This document shows, piece after piece, positions 50,312 through 60,681 of a stretch of DNA of 64,000 nt. The translations under genes were made by a program, and so were the position numbers. Each line of letters begins with the position of its first letter. Positions within the stretch are counted from its first letter, which is position 1. The DNA is from Candidatus Deferrimicrobiaceae bacterium (lineage in GTDB: Bacteria > Desulfobacterota > Deferrimicrobia > Deferrimicrobiales > Deferrimicrobiaceae), in contig CAWBVY010000005.1 in the NCBI GenBank assembly GCA_963792415.1, positions 1 through 64,000 of the forward strand, written 5' to 3'. The notes under the pieces are model-generated. The model ran no database searches. It was not told the DNA's origin and was given only the letters and a program-made list of their open reading frames with translations.

Positions 50312-51300
50312 GACCGGGAACCTCTCTCCAGCCGATCGAGGATCATCCGGGAGATCTCCTCCCACCCTTCAAGGTACTCCACCTCCACCCGAAGCGCCCC
50401 GACGGAAAACGGAACCTCGTCGGGGAGGCGAACCAGGTCCTTCTCCGTCGTGATCGCCGGCAACCCTCCGGCCTCCCGGGCGATCCGTTCGAGGTCCCTA
50501 CGACCGTACACGTGATGGTCCGGGAACGGGAGGAACCCCTTGACCCGGAATCCCGCCGCCTCCAGGGTGTCGCGGAATTGCGCGTTCCGGGCCAGCCCGG
50601 AGAAAGCGAACACCGCGCTCCCGGCCGTGGCTTCCTTCGAGGGAAGACCGTCCCGCCCGACGATGCCGCGGTGCGACAGGCGCGAAAAGCCCCTGGGACG
50701 AACCGAGGGAAAGGGGACGGACCGTGCTGTCCGCGCCCCGGATTCGACGTCGGGACATTTCGTGATCACCAGCGCGTCCGCGAACCGCGCGTGGGACGGC
50801 GGCTCCCGCAGCGGACCCAGCGGCGCCGTCCACCGGTTCCCGAGCCCCTTGCCGCACTCGACCAGGAGCAGGTCGGCGTCGCGTCGCAGGGAAAGGTGCT
50901 GGAATCCGTCGTCGAGGAGGAACACGTCCACGCGCCGCCTGGAGAGGACCTCCCGGCCGGCGGCGGCACGGGACTCCCCCACGGCGACCGGGATCCCGGG
51001 CAGGGAGCGGGCGATCAGCACCGGCTCGTCCCCGCCTTCGTCGGGGGTGGCGATCGGTCCCTCCCCGTCGGATACCCACCGGACGCCGCGGCTCTTTCGT
51101 CCGTACCCGCGAGACAGGACCCCGACGCGTCTCCCCTGTCCGGTGAGCCACCGCGCGAGGTGGATGACATGGGGCGTTTTCCCCGCGCCACCCATCACGA
51201 GGTTTCCGACGCTCACGACCGGCCGTGGAAGCAGTGACGCCGGAAGGATGCCCGCCGAGGAAAGGATGCGCCGCACCCGGGCGGCGGCACCGAGGATCAT
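50308..51300 (-). CDS. lpxK: Tetraacyldisaccharide 4'-kinase
   Basis: VSVGNLVMGGAGKTP, SRGYG, GDEP, LDDGFQH, GPLREP, FPDHH, TTEKD. Confidence 0.95.
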   Translation of the reverse strand: MILGAAARVRRILSSAGILPASLLPRPVVSVGNLVMGGAGKTPHVIHLARWLTGQGRRVGVLSRGYGRKSRGVRWVSDGEGPIATPDEGGDEPVLIARSLPGIPVAVGESRAAAGREVLSRRRVDVFLLDDGFQHLSLRRDADLLLVECGKGLGNRWTAPLGPLREPPSHARFADALVITKCPDVESGARTARSVPFPSVRPRGFSRLSHRGIVGRDGLPSKEATAGSAVFAFSGLARNAQFRDTLEAAGFRVKGFLPFPDHHVYGRRDLERIAREAGGLPAITTEKDLVRLPDEVPFSVGALRVEVEYLEGWEEISRMILDRLERGSRS

Positions 51301-52634
51301 CTCCGCCCCCCGCGCCCCGGAAACGCCGACAAGACCGCGTTCGTGCTCGCTTCGGAGGCGCCGCGGAACGTTTCGAGCAATTCCTTCGCGCGCAGACCGG
51401 TCTCGCGGAAGAGGCTGGGGTCCGCTGCGAATCGCGTCAGCCGATCCGCGAGCTCCTCCTCCCCCGCGACGCGGATCAGGGCATCCCCGGCCAGGAACGC
51501 GTCGGCGATCTCCCGGAAATTCTCCATGTGAGGGCCGACGATCGTCGGCACGCCGTGCCACGACGGCTCGAGGACATTGTGCCCCCCCTTCGGAACGAGA
51601 CTCCCCCCGACGAACGCCAGGTCGGCCGCCGCGTACGCGCCCGAAAGCTCACCGACCGTGTCGAGGAGAAGAACCGTTTCCGGAAGGTGCCCCGCCCCCT
51701 CGGGGATCGCCGTGCGCCGCACCATGGATACGCCTTCCCGGTGGACGAGGGTCTCGACCGCGTCGAAGCGCTCCGGGTGGCGCGGCGCCAGGAGAAGCCG
51801 GATCGACGGGTTCCTCTCCCGCGCCGCGAGGAATGCCCGCAGGAGCTGCGCCTCCTCGTCGTCGTGCGTCGAGCCGGCGACGATCCACGCGGCTCCCGCG
51901 CCCTTCTCCTTCAGGAGAAGGACCGAAAGCGGCGACGCGCCGGACTCGGGGGGTGAAACGTCGAACTTCAGGTTCCCCCCCACGGTGACGATGTCCCGCG
52001 GGGCCCCCAGGGCGGCGAACCGCTCCGCATCCTCCGAGGTCTGGGCCGAGATCGTGCGCATCGTCCGGAGAATCGGGGCGAAGAACCAGCGGAACCGCAT
52101 ATATCCGACGAACGAGCGCTTCGACAACCGGCCGTTGACGATCACCACGGGAATCCCCCGACGGGCGCACGCGGCGATGAAGTTGGGCCAGATCTCGGTC
52201 TCGACGATCACCACGACGTCCGGCCGCACCCGGTCGAGGAACCGCCCGCAGAGCCCGGGAAGGTCGAACGGAAAGAAGAACCCTTCGTCGACGACGCCGG
52301 AGAGGGATTTGACCGCCGTCTCCCGCCCGGTGAGCGTCACGCTCGAGACGAGGAGACGGGCGTCGGCGGCGCGCCGCCGCAAAAGGCGAAGGAGAGGGAC
52401 GGCCGCGAGGGTCTCCCCCACGGATACCGCGTGGACCCACACGGTCGGACGTCCGTCGATGGGCGTCTGCCGGGGGACGCCGCGCAGTCCGATCCGCTCC
52501 GGCAGGTTCGCCCTCCGCTTCCGGGAGAAGAGGACCCAAGGAATCCATACGGGAGCTCCAACGACAAGACCCGCACCCAGCAGAAGGTTGTAGAGCAGGT
52601 GCCCCGGGCTCCCGGGGAGGAACGGGCGCTCCAC
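51297..52634 (-). CDS. waaA: Kdo transferase
   Basis: WVHAVSVGE, ETEIWPN, GNLKFD, AGSTH, APRHPERF, GGHNVLEP. Confidence 0.96.
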   Translation of the reverse strand: MERPFLPGSPGHLLYNLLLGAGLVVGAPVWIPWVLFSRKRRANLPERIGLRGVPRQTPIDGRPTVWVHAVSVGETLAAVPLLRLLRRRAADARLLVSSVTLTGRETAVKSLSGVVDEGFFFPFDLPGLCGRFLDRVRPDVVVIVETEIWPNFIAACARRGIPVVIVNGRLSKRSFVGYMRFRWFFAPILRTMRTISAQTSEDAERFAALGAPRDIVTVGGNLKFDVSPPESGASPLSVLLLKEKGAGAAWIVAGSTHDDEEAQLLRAFLAARERNPSIRLLLAPRHPERFDAVETLVHREGVSMVRRTAIPEGAGHLPETVLLLDTVGELSGAYAAADLAFVGGSLVPKGGHNVLEPSWHGVPTIVGPHMENFREIADAFLAGDALIRVAGEEELADRLTRFAADPSLFRETGLRAKELLETFRGASEASTNAVLSAFPGRGGRR

Positions 52635-52638
52635 CGCA

Positions 52639-54408
52639 CTAGCCTCCGCCCGTTTCGCGATCCGGGAGATCGGCCTTCCGCTCCTCGAACTGCTTCAGGT
52701 AGTAGGACCGGTAGCGGGACTCCCGGGAAAGAAGTTCCTCGTGCCGCCCCCGCTCGACGATGCGCCCGTCCTCCACCACGAAGATCACGTCCGCGTTGCG
52801 GACCGTGGAGAGCCGGTGGGCGATGACGAACGTCGTGCGTCCGTGCATGAGGGCGTCCAGCGCCTCCTGGACCACGTGCTCCGATTCGGTGTCGAGCGCG
52901 GAAGTGGCCTCGTCGAGGATGAGCAGCGGGGCGTCCTTCAGCAGCGCCCGGGCGATCGCGAGGCGCTGCCGTTCCCCCCCGGACAGCCGCAGCCCCTGCT
53001 CCCCGACGACCGTCCCGTACCCGTCGGGCATCCGTTCGATGAACGGGTGCGCGTTGGCGCGGCGCGCCGCCTCGACCACCTTCTCCATCGGGGCGGCGGG
53101 CATCCCGTAGGCGATGTTGTTCCGGATCGTGTCGTTGAAGAGCACCGTGTGCTGGCTCACGATCCCGATCTGCCCGCGAAGGGAAGCGAGTGTGACGTCC
53201 CGGACGTCGACACCATCGATCCGGATCGCGCCCTCCTGCGGGTCGTAGAACCGCGGGATCAGGTCGACCAATGTGGTCTTCCCCGCCCCGCTGGAGCCGA
53301 CGATGGCGACCATCGTCCCGGCCGGAATACGGAAGTCGATCTCCTTCAGGACCGTTTCCCCCCCCGGGACGTACCGGAAATCGACGCGTTCGAAGGCGAT
53401 CTCCTTCCGGATCGGCGCGAGCGTCCCGGCGCCCTCCGCCTCGCGTACCTCCGGCAGCGTGTCGATCACCTCGAAGACGCGACCCCCGGCGGCGAGCCCC
53501 TGCTGGACGACGTTGTTGATCCGGGAGAGCCGTTTCACCGGCTCGTAGAGCATGAAGAGCGCGGTGATGAAGGAGAAAAAATTGCCCGTCGTGCTGTGGC
53601 CGCTCACCACGCTGTGGCCGCCGTAGTAGATGACCGCCGCCGCCCCGACCCCGGCGAACATCTCGGAGAGCGGGGAGGTCATCGCCTGCACCTTCACGAC
53701 CTTCATGCTGAGCCGGAATAGTTCGTAGTTCCGCTTGGAGAATCGCTGCGTCTCGTACGTTTCGGCCCCGAACGACTTCACCAGCTTCGCCCCGCTGAAC
53801 GTCTCCTGCAGATGGGACGAGAGCCCTCCCGTGATCTCCTGGGCCTTGACGCTCGTGCGCCGCAACTTCCGGCCGAACCGGGCGATAGGCCAGAAGGCGA
53901 GCGGGAAGACGACCAGGGCGATGAGCGCCAGCTTCCAGTCGCGATAGAAGATGACGAACACGAGAAACGCCGCGGTGAAGATGTCCTTGACGAGCCCGGT
54001 GGCGGCGTCGGTGATCGCGCTCTGCATCAGGCCGACGTCGTTCAGGACGCGGGACATCAGGACCCCGGTGGGGTGCCGCAGGTAGAACGAGAGCGACAGC
54101 GACTGCATGTGGCGGTACAGGTGATCGCGGATGTCCCGCACCACACGCTGCCCGACCCCGGCCATCAGGTAGCTCTGGGTGAACTCGAGCGCGCCGCGGA
54201 CGACGTAGATCGCCAGCACCAGGAGCGGGATGTACGTCAGCTGGGTGGCGTCCTTCCGGATGAAGATGTCGTCGAGGATCGGCTTGACGAGGAAGGCGGT
54301 CGAGCCGCTGAGGGCCGAAACGCCGACCATCACCAGCATCGCAAGGAGAAGCCTCGGAACGTACGGCCGTGTGTATTCGAGCATCCGCCGGTAGAGACTC
54401 ACGCCCAT
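52639..54408 (-). CDS. msbA: Lipid A flippase ABC transporter
   Basis: TMD + NBD; GSSGAGKTT, LSGGERQR, LDEATSALD; between lpxB and waaA (alternative GTG at 54402). Confidence 0.93.
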   Translation of the reverse strand: MGVSLYRRMLEYTRPYVPRLLLAMLVMVGVSALSGSTAFLVKPILDDIFIRKDATQLTYIPLLVLAIYVVRGALEFTQSYLMAGVGQRVVRDIRDHLYRHMQSLSLSFYLRHPTGVLMSRVLNDVGLMQSAITDAATGLVKDIFTAAFLVFVIFYRDWKLALIALVVFPLAFWPIARFGRKLRRTSVKAQEITGGLSSHLQETFSGAKLVKSFGAETYETQRFSKRNYELFRLSMKVVKVQAMTSPLSEMFAGVGAAAVIYYGGHSVVSGHSTTGNFFSFITALFMLYEPVKRLSRINNVVQQGLAAGGRVFEVIDTLPEVREAEGAGTLAPIRKEIAFERVDFRYVPGGETVLKEIDFRIPAGTMVAIVGSSGAGKTTLVDLIPRFYDPQEGAIRIDGVDVRDVTLASLRGQIGIVSQHTVLFNDTIRNNIAYGMPAAPMEKVVEAARRANAHPFIERMPDGYGTVVGEQGLRLSGGERQRLAIARALLKDAPLLILDEATSALDTESEHVVQEALDALMHGRTTFVIAHRLSTVRNADVIFVVEDGRIVERGRHEELLSRESRYRSYYLKQFEERKADLPDRETGGG

Positions 54409-55544
54409 GCTTCCGCCGCCTCCTTCGCCAGCATCGAAACGACCGCCTCCGTGGGTCCAGGGCCGCGAAGCAGCGAACGCAGCGAGAGCCCCTTCGCGCG
54501 CAGACGCACCCGAAGGTCCGGATCGGACAGGATCTCCCCGGCGGCGGCGGCGATCCGCAGCGGGGTGCAGTCGTCCTGGAGCAACTCCGGCAGGAACTTC
54601 TCTCCCGATGCGATGTTGGGAAGGCCGACGCAGTCCACCTTCGCCAGGCTACGACCGACCTGGTAGCTCAACCAGGAGGTCCGGTAGACGATGACCGCCG
54701 GCACGCCGAGCAGGGCAAGCTCGAGCGTGACGGTCCCCGAAACCGCTATTGCGGCTTCCAGGCCCCGGAAGAGGAGTTGCCGCGCCTCGTCCACCAGCGT
54801 AATCGGAAGCCCCGACTCCGCGACCTCGCGGGCGATCGCCTCCCGCAGCGCCGGGCGCGCCACGGGAAGGGCGAAGTGGAGGTCGGGATACCGTTGAAGG
54901 AGGAGGCGCGCGGCGGAGAGCAGGATCGGAAGGTGCGCGGCGATTTCCCCCGGCCGGCTTCCCGGCAGCAGCCCGATCCCGCGCATCCCCCGGGGGATCC
55001 CGAACCGCTCCGGGTCGGGAGGCGCGTCGAGAAACGGGGAGAGCTCGTCGAGGATCGGATGGCCGGCGAAGACGGCGTTGACGCCGCTCGCGCGAAGGAA
55101 ATCCACCTCGAAGGGGAAAAGGACGACCGCGCCCTTCGTGAACCGGGAGAGGGTCTTCGCCCGGCCGGAACGCCAGGCCCACACCTGCGGGGGGACGTAG
55201 TAGACCACGGGGATCCCGCGCCGGGCGGCGGTTTTCCCCACCCGGAAGTTGAAGTCGGGAAAGTCGACGAGCAGGACCGCCCCGATGTCGGGACGGCTCA
55301 CGCGCTCCGTGACCGCGGAAAGGGCCGCGCGGATCGCCGGAAGGCGCCGCAGCACAGCCGTGACGCCGATGACGGAGATGTCCCCGTAATCCCGCAGGAT
55401 CCTCACCCCTTCCGCCGCGAGAAGCGCGCTTCCGATCCCCTCCATCGGGACGCCCGGGAACCGGGCGCGAAACGCGCGCGCCACCCGCGCGGCGTACGCT
55501 TCCCCGGAAGGCTCCCCGCAGGCGAGGAACAAGGTTTTCGGCAT
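54399..55544 (-). CDS. lpxB: Lipid-A-disaccharide synthase
   Basis: GEPSG, VDFPDFN, PQVWAWR, FPFE, LLPGSR, SGTVTLE, PELLQ. Confidence 0.95.
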   Translation of the reverse strand: MPKTLFLACGEPSGEAYAARVARAFRARFPGVPMEGIGSALLAAEGVRILRDYGDISVIGVTAVLRRLPAIRAALSAVTERVSRPDIGAVLLVDFPDFNFRVGKTAARRGIPVVYYVPPQVWAWRSGRAKTLSRFTKGAVVLFPFEVDFLRASGVNAVFAGHPILDELSPFLDAPPDPERFGIPRGMRGIGLLPGSRPGEIAAHLPILLSAARLLLQRYPDLHFALPVARPALREAIAREVAESGLPITLVDEARQLLFRGLEAAIAVSGTVTLELALLGVPAVIVYRTSWLSYQVGRSLAKVDCVGLPNIASGEKFLPELLQDDCTPLRIAAAAGEILSDPDLRVRLRAKGLSLRSLLRGPGPTEAVVSMLAKEAAEAWA

Positions 55545-55554
55545 CCCGGGTATC

Positions 55555-56337
55555 TTACCTCAGGACGCCGCGCTTGCTCTCGCGGACGAAAGCGATCAGG
55601 TGTTTGACCTCGGGGAGCGGCGGCAGTTCCGCCTCGGCCTTCGCGAGCGCCTCCTTGAGGGGAACCTCCGCCCGGAAGATGATCTTGAACGCCTGCTTCA
55701 ATGCCGTCACGGTCTCCGGAGAGAAGCGGTTCCGCCGGAGTCCGATGAGGTTCAGCCCATACAGCGCGAACCCGCGCTGCGGTCGCGACACGACCGCCGT
55801 GACGTAGGGCGGAACGTCCTGCGAAACGCCCGACATCCCGCCGATGATGCAGTGCGCCCCGATCCGGACGAACTGGTGCACCGCCGTCAACCCGCCGATG
55901 ATCGCGCCGTCCTCGATGGTGATGTGGCCCGCGAGGGTGGCCGCGTTCGCCATGATGACGCGACTCCCCACGGCGCAGTCGTGGGCGATGTGGCAGTACG
56001 CCATCACCAGGGTGTTGCTCCCGATCCGCGTCACTCCCCCACCCCCGGCGGTGCCACGGTTCACGGTGGCGAACTCGCGGATGATGTTCTCGTCCCCCAT
56101 TTCCACCCACGACTCCTCGCCGCGGAACTTCAGGTCCTGCGGGATCGCACCGACGGAGGCGAACGAGTGGATGCGGTTCCCCTTCCCCATCCGGACGTGG
56201 GATTCGATGACGGCGTGCGAACCGACGGTGGTCCCGTCGCCGATCGTCACCTTCGGACCGATCACGGCGAACGGCCCCACGGTGACGTCCTTCCCGAGCT
56301 CCGCCCCCGGGTCGATGATGGCGGTCGGATGGATCAT
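55555..56337 (-). CDS. lpxA: UDP-GlcNAc O-acyltransferase
   Basis: MIHPTAII, PQDLKF, IREFATVNRGT, HIAHDC, LAGH, VHQF. Confidence 0.96.
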   Translation of the reverse strand: MIHPTAIIDPGAELGKDVTVGPFAVIGPKVTIGDGTTVGSHAVIESHVRMGKGNRIHSFASVGAIPQDLKFRGEESWVEMGDENIIREFATVNRGTAGGGGVTRIGSNTLVMAYCHIAHDCAVGSRVIMANAATLAGHITIEDGAIIGGLTAVHQFVRIGAHCIIGGMSGVSQDVPPYVTAVVSRPQRGFALYGLNLIGLRRNRFSPETVTALKQAFKIIFRAEVPLKEALAKAEAELPPLPEVKHLIAFVRESKRGVLR

Positions 56338-56792
56338 GTCGCCTCCTCTACGCCGTCCGGCACCGCGCCGTTCGGGATCGTCGCGGTCACGTCCCCTTTG
56401 GCCACGAGCGCGCCGTCGACCCGGGCCTCCCCGTGCATCTTCCAGACCGGCCCCTTGTGGGCGATCACGGTGATCTCCAGGCGAAGCTGGTCTCCCGGCA
56501 CGACCGGACGTCGGAACTTGCAATTGTCGATTCCGGTGAAATACGCGATCCGCGTCCCGCCGCCCATCTCCTTGAGCGCGAGGATCCCCCCCGTCTGCGC
56601 GAGGGCCTCGATGATCAGGACCCCCGGCATGATCGGGTGTCCCGGAAAGTGCCCCTGGAAGTACGGCTCGTTGATCGTCACGTTCTTGATGCCGACGATC
56701 CGCTTCCCGGGTTCCCACTCCACGATCCGGTCGACGAACAGAAACGGGTACCGGTGCGGCAACAGCTCCATGATTTCCCGGATTCGAAACAC
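56334..56792 (-). CDS. fabZ: 3-hydroxyacyl-ACP dehydratase
   Basis: LPHRYPFLFVD, KNVTINEPYFQGHFP, MPGVLIIEALAQ. Confidence 0.97.
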   Translation of the reverse strand: MFRIREIMELLPHRYPFLFVDRIVEWEPGKRIVGIKNVTINEPYFQGHFPGHPIMPGVLIIEALAQTGGILALKEMGGGTRIAYFTGIDNCKFRRPVVPGDQLRLEITVIAHKGPVWKMHGEARVDGALVAKGDVTATIPNGAVPDGVEEAT

Positions 56793-56793
56793 G

Positions 56794-57825
56794 TCACTCC
56801 TCCTCGTCCGCAGGTTTTCCGCCCTCCAGCCGGGCGACCCGCCGGAAGAGCTCCGGCAGCCTCGGCAGGAGCGTCGCCATCTTCAGCCATGTCCTGTGGG
56901 GCATCGCCGGCACTCCCGACCACGCCCGGTTCTCCTTCGCCGAGAGCGAGACGGCCACGCCGGTCTTCGCTCCGAGCATCACCCCGTCGCCCACCTCGAG
57001 GTGCCCCGCCAGCCCCGCCTGTCCTCCGATCATCACGCGGTCCCCGACCCGGGCGCTTCCCGCGATCCCCACCTGGGCCGCGATCACCGTGTCCCGCCCG
57101 ATCTCCACGTTGTGCCCCACCTGGATCAGGTTGTCCAGCTTGGTGCCCGGGCCTACGCGGGTGACCCCGAGCGCCGCGCGGTCGATCGTGGTGTTCGCCC
57201 CGATCTCGACGTCGTCCCCGATCTCGACGGTCCCCACCTGCGGGATCTTCCGGTACCCCTCCGGCGTCGGCGCGAACCCGAAGCCGTCGCTGCCGATCAC
57301 GCAGCCGGCGTGCAGGAGCGCCCGCTTCCCGACACGCACCCCTTCGTAGAGGGTGACCCGCGGGTGAAGAACGGAGTCTTCGCCGACGACCGCCCCCCTC
57401 CCGACGTACGCCCCGGGGTACAGCGTGACCCGGTCCCCGACGACCGCTTTCTCTGCGACGACGGCGAACGGGCCGACGTGGACCTCCTTCCCCAGCACGG
57501 CGGTCGGATGAATGCTGGCCTGCGCCGAAACGCCCGCGGGGAGCCGCACCGGCGGGTGGAACCGCTCGACGGCGCGGGCGAAGGCGAGGTACGGATCCGG
57601 CGTCAGCAGGAACGCGCACCCGGCGCCGGGGATCGGCTGTTTGGCGATGATCGCCGAGGCCTTCGTCTCGCGGGCCTGGTGGGCGTACTTCGGGTTCGAC
57701 AGGAAGGTGACCTGCCCCGGCCCGGCCTCGTCGACCCCGGCGATCCCGCTCACCTCGGCATCCTCCCCCTGGAGGCGGGCTCCGATCTCCTCCGCCAGAA
57801 CCGAGAGAAGGAACTTATTTCCCAC
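56794..57825 (-). CDS. lpxD: UDP-3-O-acyl-glucosamine N-acyltransferase
   Basis: IGSDGFGF, KIPQVG, GANTTIDR, KLDNLIQVGHNV. Confidence 0.96.
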   Translation of the reverse strand: MGNKFLLSVLAEEIGARLQGEDAEVSGIAGVDEAGPGQVTFLSNPKYAHQARETKASAIIAKQPIPGAGCAFLLTPDPYLAFARAVERFHPPVRLPAGVSAQASIHPTAVLGKEVHVGPFAVVAEKAVVGDRVTLYPGAYVGRGAVVGEDSVLHPRVTLYEGVRVGKRALLHAGCVIGSDGFGFAPTPEGYRKIPQVGTVEIGDDVEIGANTTIDRAALGVTRVGPGTKLDNLIQVGHNVEIGRDTVIAAQVGIAGSARVGDRVMIGGQAGLAGHLEVGDGVMLGAKTGVAVSLSAKENRAWSGVPAMPHRTWLKMATLLPRLPELFRRVARLEGGKPADEEE

Positions 57826-58369
57826 TGCCGCTTCCCTTTTTCTCCGGCGCCGGCTTGACGCCTTCGTTCACCAGGGCCAGGACCCGGGACGAGATGTCCA
57901 TCGACGGGTTGAAATGGATGACCCCCGCCGTCTTCTCGAGGACGAGATCGAACTTTTCGGCCTTCACCACGATGTCGATCTTCGCCTCGACCGACTTGAG
58001 CACTTCCCGGGTGAACTCGGCCTGCCGGGCCTGCATTTCCTTCTCCCCCTCCTGGGTCATCTGCCGCAGTTCGTTGATCTTCGCCTGGAGGGCGTCCTCC
58101 TTCTCCTTGAGCTTCTCCTTGCCCAGCATCACCTTCTGCTTGTCGATCTCGTCCTTGATCTTGCGTGCCTCTTCCTGCTTCGCGTCGATCGCTTTTTTCA
58201 ACTCCTCGTACCGGGCCTCCATCTTCTTCTTCGCCGCCTGTCCCGCCGCGGAGTCGTTGAGGACCTTGTTCATGTCGATGACGGCCACCCGCAACCCTTC
58301 GGCGAGAGAGGCCCCCGCGAAGACCGCCGTGACCAATGCCGCTACCAGGAGGATTCCCGCTTTCCGCAT
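57815..58369 (-). CDS. skp: OmpH/Skp periplasmic chaperone
   Basis: Signal peptide, VAVIDMNKVL, coiled coil, FDLVLEK, DISSRV; between bamA and lpxD. Confidence 0.9.
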   Translation of the reverse strand: MRKAGILLVAALVTAVFAGASLAEGLRVAVIDMNKVLNDSAAGQAAKKKMEARYEELKKAIDAKQEEARKIKDEIDKQKVMLGKEKLKEKEDALQAKINELRQMTQEGEKEMQARQAEFTREVLKSVEAKIDIVVKAEKFDLVLEKTAGVIHFNPSMDISSRVLALVNEGVKPAPEKKGSGSGK

Positions 58370-58401
58370 CTCTAGTCTCCTTTTCCCATTCCGTAGTTCG
58401 A

Positions 58402-60681
58402 TCAGAACGCCGTCCCGATCGTGAATTCCATCACGCGCCTCGGCTGCCCTTCCGGGCGGTCGAGATTCCATCCCACCTCGAATCGCAGCGGCCCCATCGG
58501 GGAGTACCAGCGTACGCCCACCCCGTAGGCCGCCCAGACTCCCTGGTCGTTGAAGGGCCATTCTCCCTGCGCCCAGGCGTTCCCGACGTCGAAAAAGAAC
58601 ACCCCCTTGAAAGAGATCTCGCTGATGAGTGGAAACAGGTACTCGAAGTTCGCGATCAGTTCCTTGTTCCCCCCGATCAATTCCCCGGTGACGGGGTCCG
58701 CCGGCGAGAGGGACCGGGACTCGAACCCCCGGATGCTGTAAGGCCCCCCCAGGAAAAACCGCTCGAACAGCGGGACCTCCTCGCCCCCCATGGTCGGAAC
58801 CACGTGTCCCCATAAGATGTTCCACGAAAAAGTGGTGGTGGCGGTCAGCGGGTAGAACCGCTTCGCGTTCAGGAAATATTTGACGAACTGGCTGTCGCCC
58901 CCCAACGGGCCGCCCGCGTACTCCAGAGTAGCCGATTGGTAGCCTCCCCGCGAGGGGTCGATGGACCGGTCCGTGGTGTTCCGGGTCACGATGAAGCCGA
59001 TGCTGTGGGTTTTCTGGAGGCCCTTGTCGATCTCCTGCTGCACGTTGTATGAGGGAACGGTGCCGGACAGCGGAAGGATCTTGGTTTCATCCATCCGGAG
59101 GAAGACGGACCCGTTGATGAACCTCGAAAAGTTGTATCCGAAGCCCACCCTTCCGCCTCGCGCCTCCTTCTCGAAATCGGTGTACTTCACCTTCGTATTG
59201 TAGGCGCCGACCAGCAGGCTGAAGTCGGTGTCCAGGAAATTCGGATCGCGGAAGTCGAGGCTGAACGTGGTCCGACGCGCCCCGAACTGGGAGTTGAGGG
59301 ACGCCTTCCAGCCCCTGCCGAAGAGGTTGTTCTCGGTCACATTGACCACGCCGAAGATCTTGTCGATCGAACTGTACCCGAGCCCCCCCGACAGGGTCCC
59401 GGTCGGCCCTTCCTGCACCTCTACCTTGACGTCCATCTCTTCGGGTACGGACGAAGGGGCGGTGCTGATCTTCACGTCCTTGAAGTACGACGAGCGGGTC
59501 AGGTTCTCCTTGCTCGTTTTCAGTCCCGTGGCCGTGTAGGTCCGCCCATCGGCGACGTCGAGATTGCGGCGGACGACGCGGTCCAGCGTCTTCGTGTTTC
59601 CGGAGATCTCCACTTTTCCGAAGTGGAACTTCTTGCCCCGCTCGAACCGGTACGTCACATCGGCGACCGGGTACTCCTTGCTTTTTTCCACCCCCGGGGA
59701 AACGAGGGCCTGCGCGTACCCTTCGTCGTTCACGAGGGTGGTGAGGGCGAGCAGGTCGGACAGGAGCATCTCCCGGTTGAAGATTTCGCCCTGGGTGAGC
59801 ATCACCGTCCTTCGAAGCACGTTCTCCGTGATGCCGGATTCCCCGGAGAAGCGGATCTCCCCGACACGGTACTGCCGCCCCTCGAAGATCCGGATCGTGA
59901 GGACCAGCCCTTGTTTCCCCCGATCGACGACCGGCTCGGAGACCTTGGAGTCCATGAACCCGCTGTTCTGGTAGAGCGCCTCGATCTTCCGCACGTCGTT
60001 TTCGAGGACATCCTTCTTGAAGGCACCGGAGTCGGTGATGAAGGATAACCATCCCTTCTCCGAGGTGTCCATCACCTTGAGGATCGCCTTCGCGGTGTGG
60101 TACTGGTTCCCTGTGATGAGGATCCGTTCGATCTTCAGCTTCGGACCCTCGGCAACCCGGAAGGTCACCCGGCGGGCGCCATCGGTATCCTCCGAGACGA
60201 ACGACTCAACAGTAGCGTCGATAAACCCTTTGTTTTGGCATACTTCCTTTAATTTTCTCGTAGATTCCTTTATCTTATCCTCCTGATAAAGAGACCGCTC
60301 CTTGACGGTCAGGGCGGCGCGCAGGTCGGCGGTATCCACGTCCTTGTTCCCCTCGATCAGGACAGCGCCGACGATCGGCTTCTCGGCGACGATCACGGTG
60401 AGGCGATACCCGCCCGGGACCTCCTCCGTGTCGAAAGTGACGTCGCGGAAATACCCCATCCTGTAGATCGCCTTGACGTCCTGCCGAACCTTCTCCAGGT
60501 CCAGTTCCTCTCCGACCTGGGTACTCATCACCTTCCGGATCGCGTCCGGGGCAACGCGGGTGGCCCCCCGCACCTCGATCGCCTGCACGCGGAACTCGGC
60601 GGATTCCACGCTCCCGGCGCCGATCAGGAGGAGGGCCGCGCACAGGAACACCCTGTGGAGGACCGGGATATTCCCCCTCAC
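58402..60681 (-). CDS. bamA: Outer membrane protein assembly factor BamA
   Basis: POTRA repeats, GNTKTLDRVVRR, NLFGRG, IRGF, WYSPMGPLR, terminal FTIGTAF; GTG overlaps the lolD stop. Confidence 0.95.
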   Translation of the reverse strand: MRGNIPVLHRVFLCAALLLIGAGSVESAEFRVQAIEVRGATRVAPDAIRKVMSTQVGEELDLEKVRQDVKAIYRMGYFRDVTFDTEEVPGGYRLTVIVAEKPIVGAVLIEGNKDVDTADLRAALTVKERSLYQEDKIKESTRKLKEVCQNKGFIDATVESFVSEDTDGARRVTFRVAEGPKLKIERILITGNQYHTAKAILKVMDTSEKGWLSFITDSGAFKKDVLENDVRKIEALYQNSGFMDSKVSEPVVDRGKQGLVLTIRIFEGRQYRVGEIRFSGESGITENVLRRTVMLTQGEIFNREMLLSDLLALTTLVNDEGYAQALVSPGVEKSKEYPVADVTYRFERGKKFHFGKVEISGNTKTLDRVVRRNLDVADGRTYTATGLKTSKENLTRSSYFKDVKISTAPSSVPEEMDVKVEVQEGPTGTLSGGLGYSSIDKIFGVVNVTENNLFGRGWKASLNSQFGARRTTFSLDFRDPNFLDTDFSLLVGAYNTKVKYTDFEKEARGGRVGFGYNFSRFINGSVFLRMDETKILPLSGTVPSYNVQQEIDKGLQKTHSIGFIVTRNTTDRSIDPSRGGYQSATLEYAGGPLGGDSQFVKYFLNAKRFYPLTATTTFSWNILWGHVVPTMGGEEVPLFERFFLGGPYSIRGFESRSLSPADPVTGELIGGNKELIANFEYLFPLISEISFKGVFFFDVGNAWAQGEWPFNDQGVWAAYGVGVRWYSPMGPLRFEVGWNLDRPEGQPRRVMEFTIGTAF

